Shown here piece after piece: positions 51,321-64,000 of a stretch of DNA of 64,000 nucleotides. The DNA comes from Antedon mediterranea (lineage: Eukaryota; Animalia; Echinodermata). The translations under genes and the position numbers were made by a program. The stretch is from positions 26,424,070-26,488,069 of the forward strand of contig NC_092671.1 in assembly GCF_964355755.1 (NCBI RefSeq), read 5' to 3'. Position 1 is the first letter of the stretch, and the number at the start of each line of letters is the position of its first letter. The notes below the pieces were generated by a model. It was not told where the DNA came from, did not search any database, and worked only from the letters and a program-made list of their open reading frames with translations.

Positions 51321-53873
51321 CTCCACTTCAGTAGTGTTGAGCAAAACTTATTAGTTAGTTGCAGTTGAATAAAGCGTCGTGTTTGATGTTATACATTCTT
51401 TTGCATCCTCAAATGAGAGCTGGTGGTTAAAGGCAGCTTTAATACCAGAAACATTAAACAAAATTAATATTAAGCATTTTGCCAACATAAAAAAAAACAT
51501 ATACTGAAAATGACAATCACTGCAGTGGAGTGGCTGTACTAAAGCCTCAGAAAATGGTACAAACTATATTAGATATAGCACTTGATAAGTTAGTAAATAA
51601 TTTAAATTTCTTTTCAAATTAAACTATACCACTAGATTGAAATGATGAAAGCAATTGTGGGCCAAAGGTCAATTGAGTTCGTTATTGATGGTTAATGTCT
51701 AAACAAATTAACTCTCTGATATAAACATACATCCACATTACAGCACTTTGATTATTCTAGTTGATTAATCCTTTTTAATCGGATAGCTTGACAATATAAT
51801 CCTTTATTGAATGTAAACAGTTGGCTGTTTCTAGATAAACAAGTACTGTAAAGCATTTGATATCCATTGGCTGCATTTTAAGGAAGCCCCTGATTGAACC
51901 TGTAGTTAGTAGGATCTGTGTAAAAGATTCAGTATGTGAAGGACCTACTGTACATATGACATGCAATAATAACATGTACAAGCATATTGGCCAGTTTCTG
52001 CTGCATGTTACAGAATAAACCGTTTACCCCACAGAACATCATTAAACGCCAACACCCTTGCCATTTAACTGGTTATTGAAACAATTTTTATTTTTCTGCC
52101 AATAAATTTGGAGTAATTTATTCACAAGGTTATTTAATCTGTTATTTTTTTTTTACCATTTTGGCCAACCCCCCCCCCCCCCCAAAAAAAAAAAATAGAC
52201 AGGATGGTGGTAGATACACATAACAAACAATGAGAATATAGTCAGACTATATAGTGGTAGAAAAGATGACTACTACCACCTGGAATGAATGCAGGTGTTA
52301 AAAATATTTCTATTTTTAGCTCTGCATTGTTACCTTTGACCTTCTTCACCTTTATGTACTCATCATGTATCAATCATGCTACTGTCTAATAATTATGCTA
52401 TACAAGACATGCAAGTTAGCAAAGTCTGCACATAATTATATCATTGTTTATAGTTGGTGATTATAGTAGCCTATTTTCTAATTAATTTACTTACTCATGG
52501 CCCAGTACAGTATTTCCAGTTTTTCTGGAAAGGTAAACAATTGTACATATATGGTTCAAGTGTAGCTCTTTACTTAACGTACAATCATTTTATAATAATA
52601 ATTTTCACTGTATGTCAGGTCAGTCACAGATAATGGTCTCACATCATCATAGGCTCCGATTCATACTGATCATGTTTTTTTTTAAATTCATAGATTTCTA
52701 TCAAATGATGTAGTACTGTACTTTGTTTCTGTTACTTGTCTGTAGTTCTGTTTTCTTATTCATAATCAATTTGACCATATCGTTAGAAAAGTGGTCCTTA
52801 ATTGGAGCAACCCTTTAATTTTAAAAGTTCCTATTTTTAAAGAGAATGCGATGTGAAAGATATGAATAATACAATTTTATTTTCTGTTTTGGAATTATTT
52901 TTATCGTTGCTGATAAACACAGATTGAATTAGGCTTACTTGAGCATATCATCATCTGTTACTATAAGTTGTAGATGATGCAGAAATAAACCTCATTGTAA
53001 AACACCGGTTCTATTGATCAATTTCATTGAACTAGATTAATGACAACTCCATTCTACTCCTAGGGTATCCTCTAATCAATGTGCACTTCTACATTGTCTT
53101 AACCTACTGATTAAAGGTAACGATGCATATTTTTTTTTCTATTACATCTTTGTAAATGGTATTGTCTTATTTTTGTGTTATGCTGAATTGAGGTAATAAG
53201 GTAAAATCATCTACAATCGTTTTAACACCATTTTATTGTTTTAAGCTAATGTTATTGTAGTGAATTGTCAAATCTCAGCTCGGCATGATCATACATATTA
53301 TTCATATAGTGATATGGTGGATTTGGTAGATTTTTGATTTTAAATCGTCTTTTAAAAGCATCTATTTATGGATAGTGAGACTACTGCAGGTCAGTGCATT
53401 GTGGATTGGAGTTGTGTAAACTGACCACCATGGTGATTGACCTTTCATTTTTTGTCTATACTTATTTCCAATCTTCAAAGAGAAGTATTTTATTGTATAC
53501 TCTTATTCTCTGCTGCTATATTTTTGTATTCTGTTTCAACATTATAGATATTTTGTCTTTTATGTACTGTATCTTGCTTATTCCTTATATAAAGAGAATA
53601 CTGTACGTATATAAATTCATGCATACAAGCATTTAGCTTTCAGCTGCTGTCGGCTGCTTTCAGCAATTTGTAAGATTTAATTTGTTTAGCTAGATACCCA
53701 CATCACTGAAAACACCTGTGAGTTATGTACTGGCTGGTCTATGAACCTTAAATTGCTGGTAAACGGAAGCAGCGATGTGGGTTTGATTGGTCTTGTTTAT
53801 TTTTTTCGGTTTTTGTCAAATTTATCAATTGTATTTAGGTTTAAGGTTTATATGTTTTTTCATGGTTTTTCAC

Positions 53874-53930
53874 AAGCGCCTTGAGCACTTTTGTGATATG
53901 TGCGCTGTATAAATCTTATTATTATTATTA
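53874..53930 (+). mobile_element. L2-type LINE/SINE 3' end
   Basis: AAGCGCCTTGAGCAC...TGCGCTGTATAAAT followed by (TTA)n matches the typical L2 3' stem-loop and tail. Confidence 0.6.
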
Positions 53931-55484
53931 TATATGGTACTCCATAGTTCCTGCATATGACTCTGTTATATACCAGACCCCATTGTGTTCTGTTATATAT
54001 TTTGAAAAAAGGGACATTTATACTGTTGGAATTTTTATGTTTTATAAGTAAATTGACAATGAGCTTTCAATAATCACCTTTGTGATTGAGTGGATACACT
54101 TAGGTTTTCAACTAGAAACCCAACAGCTACTGTTATTATTTAAAGAAAGGTATAAACTTCAAACAGTGTTGTACAAGATGGTATATTGATTACAGCTTCG
54201 CGAAGGGACTCGCTTTTATTTAAGAAAAAGTTAAAGTTTGTTGTTTCCAGACAAACACCATTATGTCAATATTCGTGGCAGGGACTATGACACTACATTG
54301 TTGATAAGTGTTCAAGTTTCACACATTGACTGTGGTATTGTACAGTAGTACTGTACTTACTGGATTTGTTTTTCTTCTGAGTTGCTTATAGAAGTTGTTT
54401 TTTTTTTTATTGATATGTAGTTGTTATTTCTTCTTCTGTTATGGAGGATAGATGATTGGATCTTCAAACATTTACATTCAGAATGGATTTTGCTATTTTT
54501 GAGAATCAGGAGCTATTGCACTATCTATTTCCTTACAGTTTGTTTCATCATTTTATTTTTAAGGATTGTATTGTATACATTTGTTACTGTATGCAATGGT
54601 TGTTACTGAGAACTTTTAAATACTTTCTAATTTTTGCAGATTTGTTTATAATTTAAATATTAAAGTATTCAAATGTTCCTATATACAGTCAATGTTTATA
54701 ACTGACTTAAGAGACAGAAATCTTCATTATTATCACTACACCTGTTTTTATATGATGATGGTGATAGGAAAGGCCTAACATATTTCCTGGAACTATTTTT
54801 TTGTACTGGTACCAAATATGACACTTTTCAATTCTGTAAATTAAATCTGTGATCAAGAGAAATTTAAAATAATGGATCTGTCATTTCTGGATGTTGAATT
54901 ACATATAGGTGAGTTCTTATTTATTTATTTTTGTTTATATTTCAATATGTTGATTGATTTATTTTTTTTCTCAATTTTCTGCTGTCAGACAAGTCTTCAA
55001 CAAATCTAAAGAATATTGCATTTGTGAGGTAGCTGATGGTACCTGTAGAGAGAATGTACTAAGTTTATATTTATACTTTACTATGCAAGATTCATCTTCT
55101 TCCATCCATTTCAGAATATTACTGGAGATCAGACAGGGTTAAAAACACAACAAACAAATACTGTATATCTTCAACCTACCTAGAACACGAAATTGGGCTG
55201 ACTTTGTGGGGTGGGACTAAATACCTGGAGAAATTCCTGGTTCAGGAAAAAAATAATTGGTAAACATTTCTTGTAAAAACTCATCTGAACTGGTTAGAGA
55301 GAGGCCTAGACCAAATTCAATATTGGGACTATAAACAAATAGTCCAAATTCTCAGCTTGTATTTCAGTTTTTCTTTTTTTTACTGCATAAAAATTAATAT
55401 TGAATAAATATTCAGCAAGCGACAACACAACAAATTTTAACTTTTTTTACTGTATACAGACAGTATAATGTTGTAAATTTTAGG

Positions 55485-55582
55485 CTGGGGCTTCTGGTTT
55501 ACTGACTATAGAGCTTCATTGTCTCTGTAAAAGCCCCCAGATGCTTTTTTTTTCAAATAAATAAATGAAATGAAATGAAATG
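55485..55582 (+). mobile_element. Probable LINE (CR1/L2-like) 3' tail
   Basis: CTGGGGCTT...AAGCCCCCAG stem, then AATAAA and a (TGAAA)n tail. Confidence 0.45.
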
Positions 55583-55766
55583 GAAAACGACAAAATAAAA
55601 TATATAAGTGAACAATATATTAGTGATATATTGTCCCTGGAAAAATATGAATACAAAAAATAAAACTTTGAATATGTCCTTTTGTAGCTTTAATGAAGTT
55701 ATTTACCTTTACCTAAAATTAAAAAAAAGATTGATTTTGCATATAAAAAGACAAAATAAACAAATA

Positions 55767-56472
55767 CAGTCGACTCCGCCTAAGTCGAATCTAATGGGAC
55801 CGGTATAAAAATTCGAGTTGCGCGAACTTCGACTTACAGATTTGCAAAAAAAATGCTAGGCTAGCTAGGCCTAGGTTCACTCACTAGCCGCGCTATGGCT
55901 AGGCCTAGAGTAGACCCTGCCCTGTCGCGATCGCGGCCCACGCGATGAGCCTTCTTGAATTGAGTTGGCTTAGCTAGCTAGCTAGGCCTAATAAATGCTA
56001 AGCCTCTTTTATCGGCAATGATAAACTGTATTTTCTTTTATGGTTTAAGCCCGAAACAATACGAAAACGTATAATAAATACATTTCGGTTCTTATTCGAA
56101 ATCGGTATCCATTGTTTATTGCCATCTGTCTAACACAAAATGGGTACCCACAAAACGACGCTCAAGTTCTCAACTCTGAAACAACTCATACACTATACAC
56201 TAGCGCGAGTTGTAGGACGCCGCCTATACTATACAACCTGCTTGAGAGAACCGATATGGTCCCACATTATCTCCTCTGTCGTTTATTTATCGAATTACGT
56301 ACGTTTCATCGGCTTTTTTAGCGCGTCGACTTAGACGAATTTCGACTTAGAAAAATTTGACTTACAAATAAAAATTACACAGTAATGTATAGGAAAGAAT
56401 TGGGACTTTCATAAAAATTCGACTTTCGCGATTTTTCGACTTACGCGAATTCGACTTAGGCGGAGTCGACTG
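55767..56472. mobile_element. Young pogo/Tigger-like MITE
   Basis: TA TSD. Perfect 24-bp TIR CAGTCGACTCCGCCTAAGTCGAAT. Many internal TTCGACTT motifs with CpGs intact. Confidence 0.95.
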
Positions 56473-56831
56473 TATATATATATTTTTTTTCAAGGGAAGC
56501 AATATATATTTTTAATAAAAAAGAAAATTAAAAATGTCTAATATGATTTTAACTGGAACTTGTACTTACAGTAAAAAATACTAAATATCAATATTTTATT
56601 ATTATAAATAAATATTAGTAGCTTTTTGTTTTAGACATTGCGTCCTAATAATAAGCATGACAATTATAATATAATATATATAACAACAATTACATTTTTG
56701 AAAATAACAAAAAAAACATTTTATAAAGAAACTTGCATAGTATGCTGCCCTCTATTTTCAAAGAAAGTTTTTATGTGGTTTTATTGGTCAATAAAAGTTG
56801 CATGAACAAAAATATAATGTGTTATAAAACT

Positions 56832-56915
56832 GGAGTGAGACTTTGGCCTGATGGTTAAGAGACTTGACTCATAAATTAGAGGTTCTAGGTTCAAGCCTCA
56901 TTGTGGGCAGTACCA
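56832..56915 (+). mobile_element. tRNA-derived SINE head (decayed)
   Basis: A-box TGGCCTGATGG (56844) and B-box GGTTCAAGCC (56888). No acceptor stem. Confidence 0.6.
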
Positions 56916-58167
56916 AGATTTTTTCCAAAAGTGACTTTACCATCACAGAGAATTGTTTTACAATGGGTGGCAGATGTTTGCAATCCTAAAATAAGAAAGT
57001 TTAGCTTGTACCAATATGTGTATATATATATATTATAAATTATAAATCAAGTAAAATATTTATGCTATGATTATTCATTTATTGTTTCCCTTTTCAATTA
57101 ATGAATGAACATGTATTTCATTTCACTTATTAATTAAAAAAGAAGTATTATGATTATACATGAAACTAATTGTTAATCCTTCAATAGAAATGCAGAGCTT
57201 TAATAGCATTCATCCATATTAATGAGTTAGACTAATTTGCATAGTAACCTGAGCACAGTTACAAATGGAATGTCTCCCTATTTGCTGATGCTTAGCTGTA
57301 TGTATGCAGTTTGTAGGCCAGGCTACTCTCTCTATTCAACTGTGCTTAGAGAATCTTAAAACATAGGGGACTAAAGCTGTCAGAGTCCCTGGCCATTGTA
57401 AAGACTTGAGAGTACATATCAGGAGCCTAGTTGTGGAAATTATTTATATAATTATTTGTATTGTTTGTATTATTATACTGTGAATCTGTTGGTATACTGA
57501 CCTTTCATTTTAAATTGACTGTTGTGATTAGTTGCTTGTTTTGGATATATGTTTTTGTATGGATTATTATCACATTATTTGACCTAGTTTGCACAGGTAA
57601 GTCACTAGTCATCAGGTGTGTACATAGCTACTTACTAATACTACTGCATGGGCCTGGGCTTTTACAGTACAGTACCTTATTTTACTTAAAGATCGGTATA
57701 GACTTTATTATGGCAGGCCTGTAAATTTAATATAATCTGACTAGTAGTGATACTGTATATATTTTAGCTGTTTATAATAATGTATATTTGCAGTAGCCCA
57801 TATTATTATACCAATTTCGTAAACTAGAGGAGGAGGAAAACAAAATTCTCTTTTTTTTTAAATCAATTTATTGTTATTTTGTTAGTTATATAGTTGAGTA
57901 ATATTGATATTGTTGGAATTGAAACTACCAAAAGGGTATGCTTTAGCCTACCTGGCCCTGGGTAAAAGCAGTAGCATCTTTCCAGTAACTTGAATTGAAC
58001 TTAAGGTGGAAACTTAGTTGTCTAAAATGTGTTTCTAGCTCAACTGGTGCAAAGAAAGGCTAGCTCGGGGACATGTTTGGCTAGACAGTGAGAGTGACGC
58101 CCTATGATTTTCTTCTACCCTACCTGGCACAAAAGAATAAATGGGACATCCTAGGTATAGTTTTTGT

Positions 58168-58291
58168 GCTGCTGTACTTTCACACCAAACCCAATTTAAA
58201 AACAATAACTGGTTGCGCGACGGTGATGGTGAGTGACCGTAAAAGTCTATTCTTAGCCATCTTGAATAATTCGCTGTGAAAGTACAGTAGC
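58168..58291. repeat. Inverted repeat (16/17 match), probably part of a small transposon
   Basis: GCTGCTGTACTTTCACA ... TGTGAAAGTACAGTAGC. Confidence 0.6.
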
Positions 58292-61200
58292 GCCATAGTT
58301 TTTTTCCGTGCTGTTGATGGCAGCATAAATTCCAAGATAAAAAGTTGTTTTTGCCAGACATGTTTTAAATAATATTTTGTCATTTTCAGGTGACAATACG
58401 TAATTGAATAAAAAATTACTTCTAAATTATGAACACTATGAGTCATATGACCTATGTACTTTAAAGTTGAACGTTCATCAGACTAGTTCAATACTACAAA
58501 TTGTATGATCATTAATATTCACTTTGTAATATGGTAAGTGAGTAAATCAAAATGTTTGTTGGCCATCTGTCTGAAATGATCAACTGGTTGTACAGTACTA
58601 CTACAGTGTCAGTGCTGCACACTGAAGCAAGAAGATAATGAATGAATTGTCTCTCTGCAAAATAATAAGAACAAAATATTCAATCAAAAATTGGTTGTCT
58701 TTTTTATAAGCAAAATGACAACCATAGTTTAGTTTTAGGTCTGAAAAGGGCTCCAAATTACTATTAATTTAAACAATTTTATGTATATGATTTCAAGTAA
58801 CAATTTTAATTGTTACAGAGTTCACAACTTGCTAAAATTAATTTCTTGATAAAAATGTTTTCACAGTAAATAGAAAATGTCAGTAATTGTTTTACCCATT
58901 ATGTCAAAATATTATATAATTTATTGGGAAACCCCTGAAAGCAGGCCTTTTCATCATCATGGTCTCGTTAATTTGTTCATAATTTTTTGATTTTGTCTTG
59001 TTTTCCCATAATTTAAGGCCAAATTATAATTTTGATAACTGATGATAATGTAGGTTAATTTTATTATTGTATACATTAGCTGTTTTATTTGTTACAACAC
59101 TTATTTCTTGTGATAAATCTTGGCTACATACCCAATGATTAGAAATTGTTGGCATTATTTCATGTTTTGACTTTCCAACACTGTTGCCAGACTTTAATTA
59201 ATTGAATTCAGTCTTGGTGCCAACAGTGTGACACATTTATTAAGATATGTACAAAGAATGTTCTTGTCTTCAGCTGACACAAAATAAAATGATGGCAAAT
59301 AACCAATATATTTAACTAGTAATAATAATATTGCACTAATATCAATAGCATGTGTTGGAATTGTATTTTCATTTTTTCATAGTTTTCATGCTGCTGCTCT
59401 AGTCAGCTACGTCCCATGAGGACTACTCATTCATAAGCTAAAGCAAGCAGCAGTTATAGTATCTAAGGCCGACAGTTTTGCGACTTTGTAAACTTGACTA
59501 TAATAGATCCCAGCTGCTGGACGCAAAAAACGTCTGGGAAAAGAGAGTCTATGAGGATTCACGGTTGAACGATTTTGGATTCTCGCCCTTTGATTGGTTG
59601 ACACGTATCAACAGATCGTGGAAGAATTTCTCACTTGTACCACCATGAAGTCATGTTGTCTCTAGTGGGTATTCAGGTTGAGGTCACACACACACAGCAC
59701 ATTAAAGTTTAAAATTGACCATTTTTAAATGGGCATGGGTGCATGTATTTTTGTGATTAAAGGACATCTTTTTAATAATTAATTATAAATATACTAAAGA
59801 ATGAACGATGATTAATTTTAAAATGTTGAGTAGCGTTTTTTGTACAAAATATTTCTTGTTTATAGTCACTTTTCAAGAATTTACTGTAATAAATTTTAAA
59901 TTTATTGTGCTTTTAATTTTAATGGCTGTCTGTCTGGATTTTACAGGGCTTAGGATACCCGGAGTTAATTTGGTGAATTTTCAAGGTAGTCCTTTATATT
60001 AGGACTATGTAGTGATATGTAATTTAATATAGTGACATTCAGACTTTAAATTGAAATTTCAGCCAAAAACATTTATATTGCATAGCATTTTTGTTTAGAC
60101 TTCCTGAGTGGGTTCAATATGTAATGAATCAATACTCAGTCACCCTCCTTTTGCTTCCAATAAAATGCATGACTGCCCATCACTACAGTACTCAAATTTC
60201 TCCATGTCTAATAAAAATATAAGCTCATTTGTTCTGTTTGCTTTGGTGTTGTATTAATAGTTTTATAATAGACTGGTGAACAATAGCTAATACCAAGGCT
60301 AACCTAGTACAGTACCAGTATACTGTACTTACAATGCCAAACAGGTATTTGGTAGCTCTTGCTTATTGTTAATCAACTAACTACAGGATATTAATGATAA
60401 ATATAGAGGTATGGATGTCTATAAGTATAAATTAATTTATTGTTATTAGGAATTTAGTCATTTTATAGCAAGTACTTGAAAGAAATAAGTACCACAACAT
60501 ATTTCAAACCATTTTTTAACACACTCTTCAAAACAATATTAGACTGTACTGTAACAACCTTATTCTTAAGCAGATAGACCCCCTTCAGACTAGCTATATT
60601 CAACACTAGCATCATAGGCTAGGCCTATATAATCGTTGCGTGTGTGTATAAATCCAATTTAACCAAACCTTTCAATTCCCAGCATTGGATAGTTATTGCC
60701 ATGGCCTCAAGCTAATTTTAAAGCCGTTGTTAAACTGCACATGCTTATATTTCATGCTTATAATATCGGGATCTATGCATAGTCGCGGCTAGACGATGTT
60801 TAGTTAAATATATATATAGCCAGTTTAACTTGCAGCTATTTAGCCAACTTAGAAGATTTAGTAAGTTCAGTGGCCAGTAAAATATGAAGTAACAAATAAA
60901 GTATGCTTTGGGAACATTTTTGCGAGTGTGCGATAGAAGCTTCACGATGTTGTTAAAAATCAACTTGTTGTGCGGGCCGTCTATAACTGTTCTATTGCAT
61001 GTCTAGAGTTGGAGCACTGCCTTTTTGAATGGTCTAGCTTCCTGGCCTAGCATTCGTCAATGATTTGCGATGTATAAATTGAATAAAAGTAGATGTGTTA
61101 TAAAAAAAATAATGAATGTTTTGTATTTGTTGAATAAAATGGAGAGTATATTTCATTTGATGCAACATTTTTCAATGCATGAAATATTCTCACTATCCAA

Positions 61201-63062
61201 CTCTTTTAACGTTTATCATTTTTAGATTAGTTTTGGATTAAGAAAAATCCTGGTACAAACCGTTCCTGATAAATAAATAAAAAGCATAGCTACATTACCT
61301 TGAACATTGAATTCATAATGAATTACTCCAGTTTCCGTCAATGCAATATAACCTTTTATTTTAATTATAAAGTGTAATATTAATAAAAAGCTAAACTACA
61401 AGCAGGCCAACACATTGCGAATTATATAGGATAAAAAAACCCCTAGAATTTGGTACATATTAGTACTGTATCTGCAAATAATGATGTATTTGAAATTATC
61501 ATAGATAGATATCAAATTCTAAAGAAATTAAATGTTTATCTACACAAATAGTGTATACTTTTGTTCAGTTAAGAGAATTGCAAGAAAGCCTAAACTGCCG
61601 TTTAATAAAGGCTGAGCATCAGAAAGGAACACAATTTCAGGATATTTTTTTTTCATTTTGTTAAATGAATTTGTATTACATATAACGTACATTCTATGGT
61701 TAATTATGATTAAAAGAGAAAAACCAACCCAGCTAGGCCTAGCTGTTGAACAGAGGTAATTTATGAACATTGTACGCCGTAACGTTGTATTGTTGAATTA
61801 TTATTGAATTAATTTTTTTCATTTTTGGGAGAATCCAATAATACAATCTGGGGAAGGCCTGATATTTTCACTTGAAAAAAAAGTGGGTGCATATCACAGA
61901 AGCAAAATTCAAATATCAATCCATGTGCGTGATTCATATATTATTAGAAGTGGCTTATTTTTCATGTTTTTAACACTAAATTATTGTATTATAAGAATGA
62001 ATTGGGTAAATTACACAGACATGGTATTCATTTCATTAACATTGTTGTATTAAGCAGGTTTTGTGCTAATCTACTTTGTTTGAGGGGATTTCAATACTCT
62101 TTTGAAAAGACATCTTGTTGATCAGGATGCTATTGAAGTATTTATATTCTGAATGAAATAGGAAGTGACACTAGTATAAAAGTATTATGGCTGTTCTTGG
62201 TTCAGCTACAGTGGCAAAGTTATTGAATTTAAAATCAAAGTGTTATACATAGGTGACCTTAGTGATTGAGTGATATTAGTAGCTGCTATAGATATTATAC
62301 TGTAGTTTATGCCAGTGTTTTAGTTTGTTATTTTGTTCTACAACTAATTAGGAAGTGTATTTTCCACCGAACAGGTTGGTTGGTTTGTTTTTCTGTTGTT
62401 ATATTATTTATTTATTTACATTATAGAGTTTGTTGGTTAGGTTATTTTGCTACAACTATGTGTCTGGTCTAGATAACCTGGATAACCATATCTCTTACGA
62501 ATGATAGACATAAACATTTACTACACTCTTCCATGGTACAAAACGTAACTTTGTCAGGTGAAGAGGCTTAGTGATTTGTTTTAGCAAATTTATAAACTAC
62601 TGTAATTTTCATTTTCTCATCAAAATACAGTAAGCTAATGTGTGCAATACTTCTGATTAAGCATTTAATTTAAGCATATACTCAAGATTGCCTTTTACCA
62701 ATATTGTAATTGTGAATTTTATACTATTGCCAATGTAGAATGATATATTTACACTGTAAATTACAGTAATTATCCAATTTGTATTTTATTTTACTTATAT
62801 TGTTTTTACTTTTGTATATTTGATTTTGTTTATGGGATCCACCAATGATATACAGTACTACAACTACAATAACAACATAAATAAATAAAAATAAAATAGC
62901 TAATGTTTGTATATATGAACGTTTGTTTAAGGAAGGCAAGTTGTCGCCTACAGTACCTGCGGGTACCATATCACTTTTGTATATTATGTGTTCTTTCTAT
63001 GACACTACTGTAGTAAAGAAAAAGAATATAAACTACAGTAAAGGAGCCCTTTAAAATACCAA

Positions 63063-63414
63063 ATGAAAAATGTAAAAAAATGTAAATGTGGGTGGAATAA
63101 CCTGTAAATTGCAGCCTACTGGGCTGAACTGCGTGCAGGTGTGGACGACCCATACAGCAACTTCTTCTCCCCTAAGGGTCTTTTTGAGTCCTGCCACCAA
63201 ACAGTGCTTATTTGTCTGTCCACAACGGGAGCTGAGATAAAACCAGTACCCCAATGAACTGGGTTTTTTAAAGTACACACAAGCCTGATGTGTACACTGG
63301 ACCTCTAGCCCTTATCCGGGAAGACTTGTTCTACCACCAGAACAATGGTCAAGGAGTGCCTTGAACCTGTGTATACCCGATTTTATCTGATTTAACCAAT
63401 TGGCCACTCAACTC
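63063..63414 (-). mobile_element. tRNA-derived SINE with a Deu/Nin-like central domain
   Basis: Minus strand: A-box TGGCCAATTGG, B-box GGTTCAAGGC, central CGGATAAG...GAGGTCCAGTG...TTAAAAAACCCAG...GGGGTACTGG resembling the DeuSINE core as recalled, and a CATTTA-type tail. Confidence 0.65.
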
Positions 63415-64000
63415 AACTCAAAATGTGGTTTAATAGCATATACCAAAAGTTTGTATTTTTTGGAAGGGCACCTTATAAGTACCATATTACTGTATACCGG
63501 AATACCTCCCTCGATTTTAATAAATTATATTTCTCCCCCCCCCCCCCCCCAAACAAATGCCCAGAGGCCTTTATTTATTTCCTCAAAAAATGTACCCCAC
63601 ACACCATGCACACATTTATATTTGTAATTTAGTAGAATTCAGTAATTTACATGATCTACAATGTACCAAGTATTTTGATACAATTTTAACTGTATTTTAT
63701 TACTTCTCGATTTTAATTTAATGTTGTATTTTTTTTCATATCTAGGGGAGGTATTATTATTTTCTAAGAAATATAGATTTTAAACATAATGGGACACTTG
63801 TTGGTCCATCAACCTCGTGGCCTTGTACAGTTACGTTACAGTTTGAATAGTAAAACTATTCTGTCACTGATGTCTGTAGGCTAGTGTTATTAACTATTAA
63901 TTAGCAGGGTATGATTGCATCAATTATGCCATTATTCAAGTAGGAGAATTAACATTCAACTACAAGTATTTGTTGTTGCCATTAAGGTCATTCTCCTTTA

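Noticed and set aside
56832-56915. tRNA gene (also 51230-51320)
   Set aside because: A and B boxes are present but there is no convincing acceptor or anticodon stem. A SINE head fits better.

Overview
AT-rich, intron-dominated animal DNA; there is no prokaryotic gene structure and no CRISPR array. A DeuSINE/Nin-like SINE hints weakly at a deuterostome invertebrate. The window holds the 5' part of one large + strand gene. Three exons (2793-4016, 36517-36682, 36974-41416) splice in frame to about 1940 aa of Ser/Pro/Arg-rich, probably disordered protein. No folded domain is recognisable, and the gene continues past the window. The 32.5-kb first intron contains several tiny ATG-to-donor exon candidates, all phase-0 compatible with exon 2; one encodes a myristoylation/palmitoylation-type N-terminus and uses a GC donor. 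The introns are packed with non-autonomous DNA transposons (PIF/Harbinger with 3-bp TNA TSDs, one carrying a decayed Myb/SANT gene; pogo/Tigger-like with TA TSDs; Kolobok-like with a TTAA TSD), tRNA-derived SINEs, LINE tails and minisatellites of 39, 40, 43, 44, 73 and 85 bp. TAC(A/T)GTA, the classic Tc1/mariner excision footprint, is strikingly frequent in the introns. All coordinates and counts were read by eye.
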